Shown here: positions 34,301 through 46,800 of the stretch, piece by piece
Layout: the number at the start of each line of letters is the position of its first letter
How positions within the stretch are numbered: the first letter of the stretch is position 1
NCBI GenBank assembly: GCA_964187785.1
Contig: OZ076413.1
Span: 45,820,001-45,884,000 of the forward strand
DNA: 64,000 bases
Reading direction: 5' to 3'
DNA from: Amphiscolops sp. MND2022
Lineage: Eukaryota
Made by a program: the position numbers and the translations under genes
The notes under the pieces: generated by a model
The model's database searches: none
Told to the model about the DNA's origin: nothing
The model's input: the letters and a program-made list of their open reading frames with translations, nothing else

Positions 34301-37300
34301 TCCTAGCATTCCACTAATAACTGGCTGGCGGAATGACGTTTCTTTGATACTTGAATGTTGACTTCAGTTGATTTGTATTGGAATGGCGGTAAAATCAATA
34401 AGATCTCAGCTACCTTCAATAGTAGAACTTTTGCATGTCGAAACCCAATTTGCCCCCAGTTTAAGATACATCTTCTTTGAAGCTTGAGAAAGTTCAGTGA
34501 AACCAGGAACGTTCTAATCAAGGAATTATTACAAAATCATGATAAATATGATTGACAACCAATGAACCATGAACAAAGCTGAAATAATTTGAACGCCAAT
34601 AGTTTCTTGAAAGAATACCCTAGTCCAAAAAAATGCGTATCTTGCAAGATTCTTACATTTTTATCTTTAAAGAAAATGCATTTTTCTTGAAGACGTCTTG
34701 CAAGAATCTTGCAAGATAAACATTTTTGCAATGATAATCTTGCAAGATAAACATTTTTTCAATCATAATCTTGCAAGATATGCAGTTTCCCAAAAAATCT
34801 TGAAAGACGTTACTCCCGTTCATTTTAGATTTAGATGCTATTCCTTTAGACGCTATTCCTGATGTACTTTTAGACGTTACTCCCGGTGGACTTTTAGACG
34901 TTATTCCCGGTGGTCTTTTAGACGTTATTCCTCAGACGTTATTCCACTTTTTAGACGTTATTCCCGTTTTTTTAGACGTTATTCCCGTTCATTTCAGTTT
35001 TAGATGTTTTTCCTTTCACGTTATTCCCGGTGGACTTTCAGACGTTATTCCCGGTGGACTTTCAGACGTTTTTCCTGAGACGTTATTCCTGTTCCCCTTC
35101 GAAAATGATGACAAGCAAAAATGAGGAAACTCAAATTGGCCTACGTGAAACTTCGAATTTTTCAAATTTAGAATTTTTCATAAATCTTGCAAGATTTTTG
35201 CAGCGAAATGTTTTTCTTTCAAGAATCTTGTAAGATATCTTGTAAGATTTGCATACTTCTGAAAAATCTTGCAAGATTTGAATTTAGGTCCACAATCTTG
35301 GAAAATTCAAAAACTTCGGGTATTTTGTCAGTTTTGGTGTCACTTTGAGACATTTTCACTAAAAAACTGCAATAAACTCTTCGGAAAAGCCTGCTGGGCA
35401 ACATATTTTTTCTTTGTTGACCCTTTCCAAAGTTCCAATCTACAAAGCCTGTCAATAAAATGTGAAAAATTTATAAAATCTTAGAAAACTTGAAAGTTTT
35501 GAAAGTTCTGTCATTTTCGACTTCAATTTGAGACAATTTCATTTGGAGAAATTCAGTTATTTCTTCAATAAAGAGTATTGGACCACCAACTTTTTCCTCT
35601 TTGTTGACCCGCTGAAACATTCCAATTCACGAAGTCTGTCGAAACTTCAACAAAAATTGCATGAAAACTTCAAAATTTGAAATTTTTTGAGTTTTGTCAT
35701 TTTCGTTGTCAATTTGAGACTTTTTCACTAAAAAACTGCACAAAACTCTTCAGTAAAACTACTGGCCATCTAAGCATCCACGAAATCTGTCGAAACTTCA
35801 AAAAAATGCATGAAAACTTTGAAAATTCAAAAACTTTGGGTCTTTTGTCAGTTTTGGTGTCATTTTGAGACATTTTCACTAAAAAACTGCAATAAACTCT
35901 TCGGAAAAGCCTGCTGGGCAACATTTTTTTTCTTTGTTGACCCTTTTCAACGTTGCAATTTACAAAGTTTGTCAAAAAATTGGAGAAAATGCCTAAAATT
36001 TTTGAAAATTGGAAATTTTTGTGATATATGTCATATTCGGTGTCAATTAGAGACTTTTCCATTCAGAACATTGCATTTATCTCTTCATGAAAGATTACTG
36101 GACAACCAATCATTTCCTTTCTCATCCTATAAAACTTTCCAATACACGAAGTCCGTCGAAACGTTAAAAAATGCATAAAATCTTCAAAAGTTAAAAAGTT
36201 TTGAGTTTTTTGTCATTTTCGTTGTCCCTTTGAGACTTTTTGACTAAAAAAACTGCAATATACTTTTCGCAAAACCCTACTGGATAACACATTCTTTCGT
36301 TGTTGACTCTTTCCAACGTTTCAATCCACAAATTCCGTCAAAAATATAAGAAAAAATGCATAAAATTTTTGAAAATTGGAAAAATTTGGGATTCGTCATT
36401 TTCTTCGTCAATTTGAGACATTTTCAATTGGAGAAATTCAAATATTTCTTGACTAAAGACTATTGGACAACCAATTATTTCCTCGTTTCCAATTCACGAA
36501 GTCTGTCGAAACTTCAACAAAAAATGCATAAAAACTTTGAAAATTGAAAAGTTTTGGTTTTTGTTGCCATTTTCAGTGTAAATTTGAGACAGTTTCACAA
36601 AGAAACTGCATTAAACTCTTGAAAAAAGCCTAATGGACAACGCATTTGTTTTTGTTGACCCTTTTGAGCGTTCCAATCTACAAAGTCGGTCAAAAAACTT
36701 GTAAAAAATGCATGAAATCTTTGAAAATTGGAAAATTTTGGGATTTTTGTCATTTTCGGCTCAAGTGGAGATTTTTTCATCTCAAAAACAGCAAATATCT
36801 CTTCGGAAAAGCCTACTGGACAACCATATAGTGCCATGTTGGGTATTTTCAACATTCTAATCCAAGAAGTCTATCAAAAACTTGACAAAATTTGCATAAA
36901 AACGTGAAAAATCGGGAAATTTTGGTTTTTGTCAATTTTGGGTCTTTCTCTAACAAAAAACCGCATTCATCTCTTCATAAACCACTACTGGACAACGAAT
37001 TCTTGCCTTGTTGAACCTTTCCAACATTCTAATTTACGACATCTATCGAAAAATTGACAAAAATTGCATTACAACGTAAAAATCTTGAAAACTTTGAAGT
37101 TTTTACTATTTTTGGGTTCATTTTTGGGTCATTCTGGGATCGTTCGGGTCAACCAAAAAATTCCAGAAATCTCCACAAATACAAATCGCGCGAAGCTAAA
37201 TTTATGTGAGTTGAATTCTATGGGTAACAACCTTAAAGTTAAATATAAATTTGGTGCTTGGCAAATTTCGTAAAAAAACCGTTTGATTCAAATGTTTTCC

Positions 37301-38953
37301 TTTCCCATATGAAATATGGGCGGAAAATAAAAATCATTTATGGTAATGCCTTAGGCGCTCAGTACCAGTTCATACTAGACTATTCGGCCATGATATTGAC
37401 AGAATTATCCTTCTTCGTGAGTTCTTGTCTTTGACGATAGCGTGAATTTCATTAAGGTATATTGAAATTTGTGTTTCCTTATTTTCATGTCTCTCCGATG
37501 CCTTTCTTTTCTGAGATATGAAAAGTTTTTAGGATAGTCCCACTTGATGGAATATTTTCTATATTTTCCATGCGTACAAGACTTTTTAGGCAACAAGGAA
37601 AATTTCCGGATCCTGCTGCGCTAAGTTTGTTCGAATACATTGCAGCGTCTACTTTTCCGATCAAAATTGGATGTTTTTCTTCTCCGTTTCGATAACTTTG
37701 TTTCACAGTTCCGCTTCCAACTACTCATCATATGAGATCACCGTGTCGCAGGCTACCGGTTGGAAGGACAAAACCATACCAATAAACTAAATTGTAGTTT
37801 CTGTGTTGAAATTAAATGTAAAATTTGTATTATAATATTTAGTGACTCAAATCCAAGAGGTCTTGCATACAAGAAGGGAGAAAACAAATGTGCCTGCTAC
37901 CTCAGTGGGAACGGAGCACATGTCCCAGGACAATGCGTAGTTGAGAACAGGTTCATCCTAGCATTCCACTAATAACTGGCTGGCGGAATGACGTTTCTTT
38001 GATACTTGAATGTTGACTTCAGTGGATTTGTATTGGAATGGCGGTAAAATCAATAAGATCTCAGCTACCTTCAATAGTAGAACTTTTGCATGGCGAAACC
38101 CAATTTGCCCCCAGTTTAAGATACATCTTCTTTGAAGCTTGAGAAAGTTCAGTGAAACCAGGAACGTTCTAATCAAGGAATTATTACAAAATCATGATAA
38201 ATATGATTGACAACCAATGAACCATGAACAAAGCTGAAATAATTTGAACGCCAATAGTTTCTTGAAAGAATACCCTAGTCCAAAAAAATGCGTATCTTGC
38301 AAGATTCTTACATTTTTATCTTTAAAGAAAATGCATTTTTCTTGAAGACGTCTTGCAAGAATCTTGCAAGATAAACATTTTTGCAATGATAATCTTGCAA
38401 GATAAACATTTTTTTCAATCATAATCTTGCAAGATATGCATTTTCTCAAAAAATCTTGAAAGAAGTTACTCCCGTTCATTTTAGATTTAGATGCTATTCC
38501 TTTAGACGCTATTCCTGATGTACTTTTAGACGTTATTCCCGGTGGACTTTTAGACGTTATTCCCGGTGGTCTTTTAGACGTTATTCCTCAGACGTTATTC
38601 CACTTTTTAGACGTTATTCCCGTTTTTTTAGACGTTATTCCCGTTCATTTCAGTTTAAGATGTTTTTCCTTTCACGTTATTCCCGGTGGACTTTCAGACG
38701 TTATTCCCGGTGGACTTTCAGACGTTATTCCTGAGACGTTATTCCTGTTCCCCTTCGAAAATGATGAAAAGCAAAAATGAGGAAATTCAAATTGGCCACG
38801 TGAAACTTCGAATTTTTCAAATTTAGAATTTTTCATAAATCTTGCAAGATTTTTGCAGCGAAATGTTTTTCTTTCAAGAATCTTGTAAGATATCTTGTAA
38901 GATTTGCATACTTCTGAAAAATCTTGCAAGATTTGAATTTAGGTCCACAATCT
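29846..38953. repeat. Tandem segmental triplication (satellite + TIR + unique flank); junctions at ~32173 and ~35300
   Basis: Identical ORF translations at 30368/32695/36356 and near-identical ones at 31086/33404/37064; offsets ~2.32 kb and ~3.66 kb. Confidence 0.95.
34618..35300. mobile_element. TCTTGCAAGA-rich MITE with internal minisatellite (copy truncated by the duplication junction)
   Basis: Duplicate of 38273-38953; tandem TTTAGACGTTATTCCCGGTGGAC-type units at ~34805-35090. Confidence 0.7.
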
Positions 38954-39023
38954 TGCAAGATAGCTATCAAATGTAAGATATTGGCAAGAATCTTTAAAGA
39001 TTTGCATTTAACTTCATCCAGGG
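38273..39023. mobile_element. TCTTGCAAGA-rich MITE with internal ~14-24-bp minisatellite, TA TSD
   Basis: TA|CCCTAG...CCAGGG|TA ends; multiple palindromic TCTTGCAAGA in both arms; GACGTTATTCC tandem array at ~38465-38745. Confidence 0.7.
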
Positions 39024-39744
39024 TATATTTATAATCAATAAAGTTTGAAGGCAAGGAAGCTTGTGAAATCTGAACACGGCAAATATCGTTGAAAGGAATT
39101 AATAGGAATATCGAAATATGAAAACCCCTGACAGCCAAGATTCCGGTAATTGAATCAATCCGAGTAGAAAAATAACCCGGGTTGACTAAATTGCTGCCAT
39201 CTTGGGTTCCCATATGGCGATATTCCAATGAAGTGACTATTGTCATATAAATCTCCTAATAAAGAGAGAAATTTGGCAATAATCGATATCATATTGGCAT
39301 ATAGTTTTGGTACGGTAGCAAAATTCCGACAACACGACAGTCGTCACAAGATAAATCATCTTCGCCCGTGCATTGTAAAAATGTCATTTTTCCATCGAGT
39401 TAATGTTATGAATGAGAAGCCTGGAACGTTGAAGAATCTCCAGTAATCTTTGGTTTTCTATTCTAAGCTTGGGCAGAATAAAATTTCGCAGACATGAAAG
39501 TATCTTGCATCTGAGTAATAAGAATAAAACATTGATTAGCAAAACGTTTCAAAGCCAAAATTTCTATATAGGACAATAAATAATATGATTCTCTGAAAAA
39601 AAAGTAAAACCGTAAACTAAGAAAAGTTTTGGGGTGTGTTTGTCGTTGAATGATCTACAGGTATATAACGAATGGGGTGGGTCGTGAAATCTTTGGGTCA
39701 GCATGAAGTTTTAGCCTCTTTCCAGCTTTTGAGGTTGTGCTTAC

Positions 39745-39931
39745 GATGCTGGGCGCGGGCTCTTCCGAGGATTGCGTAACATCTCTCGAGACCCAGCAAG
39801 ACAGCACATAGCAACATGGCAAAAGACCATATGCTGTATTCGTTGAACTTGTCTATCCGCGTTATGTTGCCATCTCGCCACGCGAAATTCATTCTTGTCT
39901 GACCTTCCTTCACGTTGGCTGTTGTACTTGA
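39745..39931 (-). CDS. Exon 3 of spliced host gene 2 (transmembrane segment ending in LERCYAI)
   Basis: gtttcAG acceptor in phase 0 matching the previous exon; GTAAGC donor; encodes SSTTANVKEGQTRMNFAWRDGNITRIDKFNEYSIWSFAMLLCAVLLGLERCYAILGRARAQH. Confidence 0.6.
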
Positions 39932-41233
39932 CTGAAACATGAATGCTGTTTGATGCTTTTTGCATGGAAGCTCGAAAAGGATTTTCGCAATTTCCATTCA
40001 GAAAGGTATGGAAAAATGAATTGGAAACAATGGACATTTATGATGATAGCTCCTACAAGAGAAGAATGATGCCATAAAGGTCATGTTAAAAAGCCCACGG
40101 TTCCACTTTCAAACTTGTTTAAAAAGCGTCTTGTTGAAAAAGTAAACTAACTTCCAATTCAATGTATTTCCAAGGACTGTTCAAAAATTTGAGAAAAACA
40201 GTGAAATACAACCCTCTTTCTGACAAACTGAAGGTAGTATTTGACGTAATTAGCTTCCTTAGATAGATCATGTTTCCTGAATTTGAAAGCATTTGTTGGA
40301 GAAAGAAACTTGAGCCAGTATTGTAAGAAAATAAAGAGTTCCTTGAGTCCAAACCTGAGCACCGAGAAACCTAAGTAAAGCGCTTACGTCCAGCAAGAAA
40401 CAAATCAAGGCGCAACCTTCTTGCAACATTTATGGTCGAAAAATAATGTAATCAGTAATGTGTTGTTCATTAAGCGTGCATAACGCCTATTGACTGAAGA
40501 GACTTCTTTTACAACAATTCTTACCTTCTGTTAAAAATCCAAACTATTGAGAGCAATCAACATCTTTTGATCAATACGAACAATGATTATTGATATGTTC
40601 AGGAACAGTTCAGTGCATTTAGAAACACGTAACACGTAGAAGTAAAGTGAATGTGATCAGAACGCAACAAAGGGTTCAGGGCGAATATAAGGGGTACACA
40701 TAATTTTTACTTCACCTAAACTCAACAGGTGTCCTTACTTCTCATGCTGTCCTGATTGAGTCTTCTTAGACAGGTTTGTTCTGGTATTTTTTCAGGCACG
40801 TTTCATATAACACAGATCTTTCTCATCGTACCGCTTTTCTCAGGCTGACACCCATATTCGAAAATTATGAACCATACTATGTCTTTGTATGATCACGGTA
40901 CAAAATGATCACCATAGTATGATTATAGTATGTTCGCTTGTACGGTATGTTTATATCATGGTGAGCTGGGTAAGGACTATGATCATAGTATGACTGAACA
41001 TGTTAGAAGTGTTGGAAAAATTCGATTTCACCAGTCAGCACTTCTAAGAATTCGGCCGAAATCCGAAACAGAATGCTACTAATTTTGTCACTTTCAAAAA
41101 GGGAATTTTTGAGGGTTACCTCAATAACCTGGGTTGCATTGAGGAAAAATTTGGGCACCGCGGTTTTCTTGGAGTCCACTAGATAGGTAGGAGTTTTTGG
41201 ATATCAGAACTAAATCTAGGTATTTCTTGATAG

Positions 41234-41805
41234 ACAAGACGGGAACGCCTAAAGTCGGCGATATATCTAAGGCTCAAAAAGCGCAAGGATTTTAGGATAT
41301 GCTCAGGACGTTTTTTTAAATGAAATAGTTTCTGTTTCGAAACACCGTAAACAGATGTTAGGATATAGCGTGCTGAAACAAATGCGGGTGTTTTCTATCC
41401 TACAACTCTTCCTCAGTAAAACACAAATTACTTTGGATATAACGTCAAAAGTTCGGATAAAGCGCTTTACTCCAGATAATACGTCAAAATTTGGATAATA
41501 TTGAAACAAAATTTTGGTACTCTTTTGGGACTCAAGCGACCCTTTGGAGACAAACAAATTGGAAAAAGTTGCACAATGCCGAAAAAAATTCAAAGGGTAG
41601 ACCTCCGGTTTTGTATCTTACAATTGAAATAAATGAAAGGGGGACCCGTTGCACTAATTTAGATGCGCTTCCGTTTGCCGGTCCAGTAGTTTAGTAGTTC
41701 TGTAAAAAGCGTCCACTACGTATACATTCTGTTGTCTGACGAAACAAACAAGTCACTGTAATGGTCGGGCTTTTTTCCTTGAAGAAAAATGCGCCGACTA
41801 AAAAA
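41234..41805 (-). mobile_element. Non-autonomous Helentron-like element (HINE)
   Basis: ACAAGACGGGAACGCCTAAAGTCGGCGATATATCTAAGGCTCAAAAA ... AAAAATGCGCCGACTAAAAAA. Confidence 0.75.
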
Positions 41806-42940
41806 ACCGGAATTAAACGTCAGGGCAGGTCTAATTATTTCATCCCTGTATCAAAAAAGCAATTCCGGGGCGAAATTATTCATTATTTACACAGTCATCT
41901 CTGTCTTTCCAGGGTCGTTATTTCATTTCCAGAACAAAATAACCCAGGTTTGATCTGGTTCTTGCGATTCTAATGTGTAAATGCCATGATTCAGGATCAA
42001 TTGTGTCCCAATTCTAGATAATTTTCCCACAATTTAGAGGCCAAAATATGTATATTTTAGACGCTCTTCGCTGTCTTTCCAAAGTCATTTTAGAACAAAA
42101 ATGACCCAGGTTTTAGATCTTATTCTTTCAATTGCGAGTCGGAGATTCTCATACTTTTCAGGTTCATTGAGACCCAAAGGATGCCATGTTCGCGCCGTGG
42201 GACTAGTCAAGTAGGAAATTATCTATCTCACAAGCTGAATGCGTTCCTAAAAATACAGCATAAGGGCTTGGAAACCAATTTGTGAAACATGATGGTTCAT
42301 ACTATGTTAATACTATGAAACATGATAACCATAGTATGGTCATAGTATAAATCAGGGTCGCAATCGTAAGGTCTTCCCACGATCTTGATCATGGAATTGC
42401 CATGATCACAATATGATCATACTATGATCATAGCATGTAGTACGGTTGGTCAACCTTAGTTTACCTGATGAAACTGCCAGCTTTTTAGGTATTCTTGCTG
42501 CTGTCTTATTTATGACACTGTAGACGCTTTTCTTTTTGAACCCCACCATCAAAGGTGTTTGAGAGAAATTCAGTTTGGCCTAATTAAATGAAAGAAAAAT
42601 CTTTTCCAATAACAGGGAATTAACTTTCAAGAGAATAGTTTTTCGTTTGAACAAAACTTTTTTCACGCATTTCGATTGTGATTATGAAAATTAACTGACT
42701 TTTGTAACTCAAAAAAGGAAGCTGTCGATTATACCAAATCAAGACTGTGTGACTTCCTGAGACTGCAGAGAACAAGTGTGAACAAAGTTTGCATCTGGAT
42801 CCCAAATTGTCAGCCTAGAATAAATATAAAGATTTACACCAATGTTTCTAAAATAAATTTTTGATGGTGGGGGGACAGAAAAGAACCGCAATGTAATTTA
42901 TGGATGCAGTGTTGGGTGTACTACTTACTGTGTCACTTAC

Positions 42941-43097
42941 CGTGGAGTCGATCTGTGCCTTATCCAGTCTGTGCTGTCTGAAATACTCGGTCCTTCTCAT
43001 CATGACTTTGGTGTAGAAGTTGCAATGGATCCAGCTCTGGATATGGTGCTCGAAGTAGTAGTCTATGAACAAAGACTTCTCTGATACGTTCTTCAAT
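42941..43097 (-). CDS. Exon 2 of host gene 2
   Basis: tatttttcAG acceptor and ACG|GTAAGT donor; phase 2 to phase 0; encodes LKNVSEKSLFIDYYFEHHIQSWIHCNFYTKVMMRRTEYFRQHRLDKAQIDST. Confidence 0.75.
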
Positions 43098-43116
43098 CTG
43101 AAAAATAGAAATATCA

Positions 43117-43234
43117 AATTTGGCTTTTATCGGGATTCGAACCCGATCCTTTCAGTTTTGCAAACGGATATACTATAGTATATCGGTTTGCAAAACTGAA
43201 AGGATCGGGTTCGAATCCCGATAAAAGCCAAATT
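43117..43234. repeat. 118-bp near-perfect palindrome made of two tRNA-like 3' halves
   Basis: 59-bp arms with one mismatch and no spacer (centre CTA|TAG at 43175/43176); each arm has TTTGCAAA, a T-arm ATCGGGTTCGAATCCCGAT and ends GCCA. Confidence 0.9.
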
Positions 43235-43268
43235 ATAGGCTGATACTGAGCAGGATGCTTGTTTTCTC

Positions 43269-43803
43269 TTTAGTCAGCGCATTTTAGTAGAAAATTAGCC
43301 CGGCTCTTTCAGTGGTTAGATTTTTTAGACGCGTAAGGTCCACTTTTTTGTTCATTTGTTCAACAACGTCAAACCTCAACTCCAACCTCAGAAGCGCGTC
43401 CAAAACGAAAAGAAAAAACAAAACACACGTCCAGAACCTCGAAATCACACTAAGGATCCCCCCATAGCCCCACTTTTTTTCGGCTCTATGAGACTTTTTG
43501 AAACTTTTTGGATTGCACCAAAGGGTCCACCTTCATTTGTTTCGATATTTTGCAACACAATGGATGTCAAAAAATCCTAATGGGTCCCCCTTTTACATTT
43601 TTGGCACTGTGACACTGTTCAAAAATCTCATTTTTAAAAATTTTATGGGAAATTTTTTCAAAACCCCAAACTTTTTCGAAATCCCCCTTCAATTTTTTTT
43701 TCATTTTTTGCAACCAGTTGGAGTTTCACAAAGCCCGAAGGGTCCCCCCTTTTACAATTTTGAGCCTTAGATATGGCGCCGACTTTGGCCGTTCTCGGCT
43801 TGT
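43269..43803 (+). mobile_element. Non-autonomous Helentron-like element (HINE)
   Basis: TTTAGTCAGCGCATTTTAGTAGAAAA ... TTGAGCCTTAGATATGGCGCCGACTTTGGCCGTTCTCGGCTTGT; closely similar to 10052-10702. Confidence 0.8.
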
Positions 43804-44069
43804 CTTACTATGACGTGGCTTCTGTCGTTTATGTGTGTGAATACTGTATGGCAATGGTGCTCCTCTTTAAAAATCTCAACCAAATCCAGTAAAATCTGTT
43901 TACAGTGACCTAAAAAGTCTTGAGTACCACGCAGAGACAGGACATGCGAAAATCAAAGAACCTGAAAAGTGTAGCAATGATTGACCCGTTTGGGTGTATA
44001 ACCAGTGGCAGTTTCGTAGTTAACAGTAGACTGGCAGTCTCTTTTTCTCGCCTACTAAAGTGAACACTA

Positions 44070-44600
44070 TTTGGGCAATAGTCAGGCTGGGCTGTTTAAC
44101 CGAATTTTTGATACGGAAAGTACAAGACTTCAGACTGAATTATGGAGGTTCAAAACACTCGAAATCTCAGAACCTCGTCCAAAACAAAAACAAAACAGAC
44201 GTACAAAACCTCGAAAACATACTTAGGATCCCCCTTTGGCTATCTTGGTGTTTTTAACTTAGTTTTTTTTGGAACTATGAGACTTTTTTTCAAAATTTTT
44301 TTTATTACACCAAAGAGTCCCCCTTCAATTGTTTTGATAATCTGCAACACAATGGATGTTAAAAAATCCCACTGCTTTACAGCTTTACATTTTTCGGCGC
44401 TGTGACACTGTTCAAGTCTCAATTTTGATTTTTTTTTGAATTTCTTTAAACGTCTCCAAATGGTCCCCCTTTAATTTTTTTTTCAAAATTTGCAACAACT
44501 GGAGTTTCAAAAAACCCAAAGGGCCCCCCTTTTACAATTTTAAAAGTTTTGCTCTTTTTGAGCTTTAGATATAGCGCCGATTTGGCCGTTCCCGGCTTGT
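44070..44600 (+). mobile_element. Helentron-like element, 5' end decayed
   Basis: Body is similar to 43269-43803; 3' end TAGATATAGCGCCGATTTGGCCGTTCCCGGCTTGT. Confidence 0.7.
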
Positions 44601-45178
44601 ATTTTTCACTAAGACGCTTCTGATTGGCTCAAATCAAACAAGGTTGCACTGTGACGTCAAGACTTGCAAAATACAAGACGGACAACAAAAGTTAATTTGA
44701 ACAGTGAAAATTTCAGAGAAGGAACATGAAAAATACACAAACATAAAAGTGTAATTTTCGTAATTGCGAAATTCTGAGATACAGTTTTTGGAAATTAGGA
44801 CGAAAAATGTTTGTGGAATACTAATGAGCCAGCGAATATTAGGGAAACCAACATCAGGAAAGTAACCTGGAATCTAATCAGTTTCACAAGCTTATTCTCA
44901 AATTAGTGAACAATAACTTGATATATTAACATTGTTCCTTTCTATTGAGCATACATTCAGAAAAAAATGTGGATGTTTCACACTCGAGGATCAAAGCACT
45001 AAGTGCCGAAGCCGCTTCGACAATTCCAGTTCAATTATATTCTGGGTTTACGGAACGATTTTTCCATAAAACTTAAACTCTCGTAAAATTAGCTGATGAG
45101 TTGACAAAAATAGTGCCCGTTTTCAACCTAATCTTGTATATTGTATAGGGCAATATTGTATTCTGATGAATGACTCAC

Positions 45179-45386
45179 CCTTCCCACTTTTGTTTGATGC
45201 TATCGAATGACTCCGTGAGGGTGACGAATATGAACGCAACTATCTGGTTGGGGCTGTGGTCACAGATGAGTGCCACCGTCTGTCCGTCCCTCCAGTTCAC
45301 TGGAGCCTCGAAGAATATGGCGTCTGAAACATGCCAATTTTGTTCATGCCCATGTTGAGGATACTTTTGGCTCATACAACCTCGTC
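45179..45386 (-). CDS. First identified (internal) exon of host gene 2
   Basis: GG|GTGAGT donor in phase 2 matches the next exon; encodes RGCMSQKYPQHGHEQNWHVSDAIFFEAPVNWRDGQTVALICDHSPNQIVAFIFVTLTESFDSIKQKWEG; acceptor (tgcaAG) is less certain. Confidence 0.65.
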
Positions 45387-46518
45387 CTTGCAAACAACAG
45401 AAAAATTGCTAATAACACGTTCTAAAGTGTCTTTTAACTCAATATTCGGTTATTTTTACTCACCCTACACACCTTGTAAAAACCGACGTTTACTAAAATA
45501 ACTCTTTTTTGAATTTCGCTAATAATGCTCTCTCAACGATTCCAAAAACTTTTGAATTCAAACTATTTCGGTGACGTCATGATAATTCTAAGAATCAGCT
45601 ACTAATTCATGACATTTTTTGAAAGTTCCGCATAATTATACGCCCATGGGATCCCTAGCAGATCTCGGAATTTTCCTTGTGTTTTAAAAATGTATTCCCA
45701 ATGCATGGAAGCACCATGAAAACTTCCAGACAAATTGAAATAAAGATTGCCAGCTGAAATCTAGCATTTGAAATTTTCAAGCAGGCTATACTAATGCACA
45801 ACAGGTGCAATAAAAGTTCAAGCGCTCTTTCTTAAGGAGGCAATTCAACTTCTACTCTGATTCCTTTTTCTCTTCGGGAAATGAAAGTTTTGAAAAATCG
45901 ATGAAAATTGACAAACTTCACTTCCACTTTATAAAAAATCTATATTTTGAACTACTGAGAAGATTTATTCTCGTTGTAATCGAAGCTGATCAACTCAACA
46001 GATCAAGGGGTGTAAGCGGTTTTTAATTTCAGCAACCTGGAAAGAGATTGTTGGAAATTATCAATAATCATTTGTCCAAAGATGTCGCGAGATTTTGAGG
46101 TGATGAATATGAAATGGAGCTATTGTGTTAACACGTACCAAAAAATGAACGCGTTGGATGATATTGCTGAGAGCAGTTTCCAAATTCAAATAAAATTCAT
46201 GCACTCTTTCGATTGATTATTTTTCTGCGGTATTTGAAACTAAAAATTGAAGCGAAGCGCTTTTAGAAAAAAAGAGCACAAGAATTTATCAAATTGCACA
46301 AAAGTTCACACTTACCTTCCAATATTCTATTTAATACATGCCATTTTGATCTTTTAACACTTGGAATTGATTAATATTTTACGGAATTTCTAAATATTAC
46401 GACCGTTTTTCATGACTCTCACGTTATAGAATTAGTTTCTTCAGAACTAGTACTGGTGGAATAACTTTCAAAGGCTTAAAGGTCACTTTCAGAAGAATTC
46501 CTGGTGTTTCGGTCTCTA

Positions 46519-46800
46519 CCCAGTGTAAAAACTCTTGGATTTCTTACCAAGATCTTGGATTCTCCTACAAAATCCTGCTACCTCTTGAATTTCTTGATAA
46601 GATCTTGGAAACTCTTACTTCTTCCAAAAAATCTTGAATTTCTTGACAAGAATCTTGGAATTTCTTGAATTTCTTGGCACGATCTTGCAAGATCTTGCAA
46701 TTTCTTGGATTTCTTGGTAAGAGTCTTGGCAAGATTCTTACCAAGAAATCCAAGAATATCCAAGATTCTTACCAAGAGTTCCAAGAGTTTTTACACTGGG
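46519..46800. mobile_element. 282-bp MITE with perfect 21-bp TIRs and TA TSD
   Basis: TA|CCCAGTGTAAAAACTCTTGGA ... TCCAAGAGTTTTTACACTGGG|TA; interior made of TCTTG/CAAGA subrepeats. Confidence 0.92.

Noticed and set aside
34805..35090. Short repeats that superficially resemble a CRISPR array
   Set aside because: No unique spacers of regular length, no cas genes, eukaryotic context; it is a minisatellite within a MITE.
28443..37273. Many 60-166-aa K/F/C-rich ORFs
   Set aside because: Translations of satellite monomers and their duplicates, not genes.
40850..42460. CATAGTATGATC-rich patches (40870-41000, 42290-42440) as arms of one element
   Set aside because: Probably MITE remnants, but termini and TSD could not be defined.
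43176..43230. Functional tRNA-Cys gene
   Set aside because: Only a 3' half is present; there is no D arm or 5' acceptor strand.
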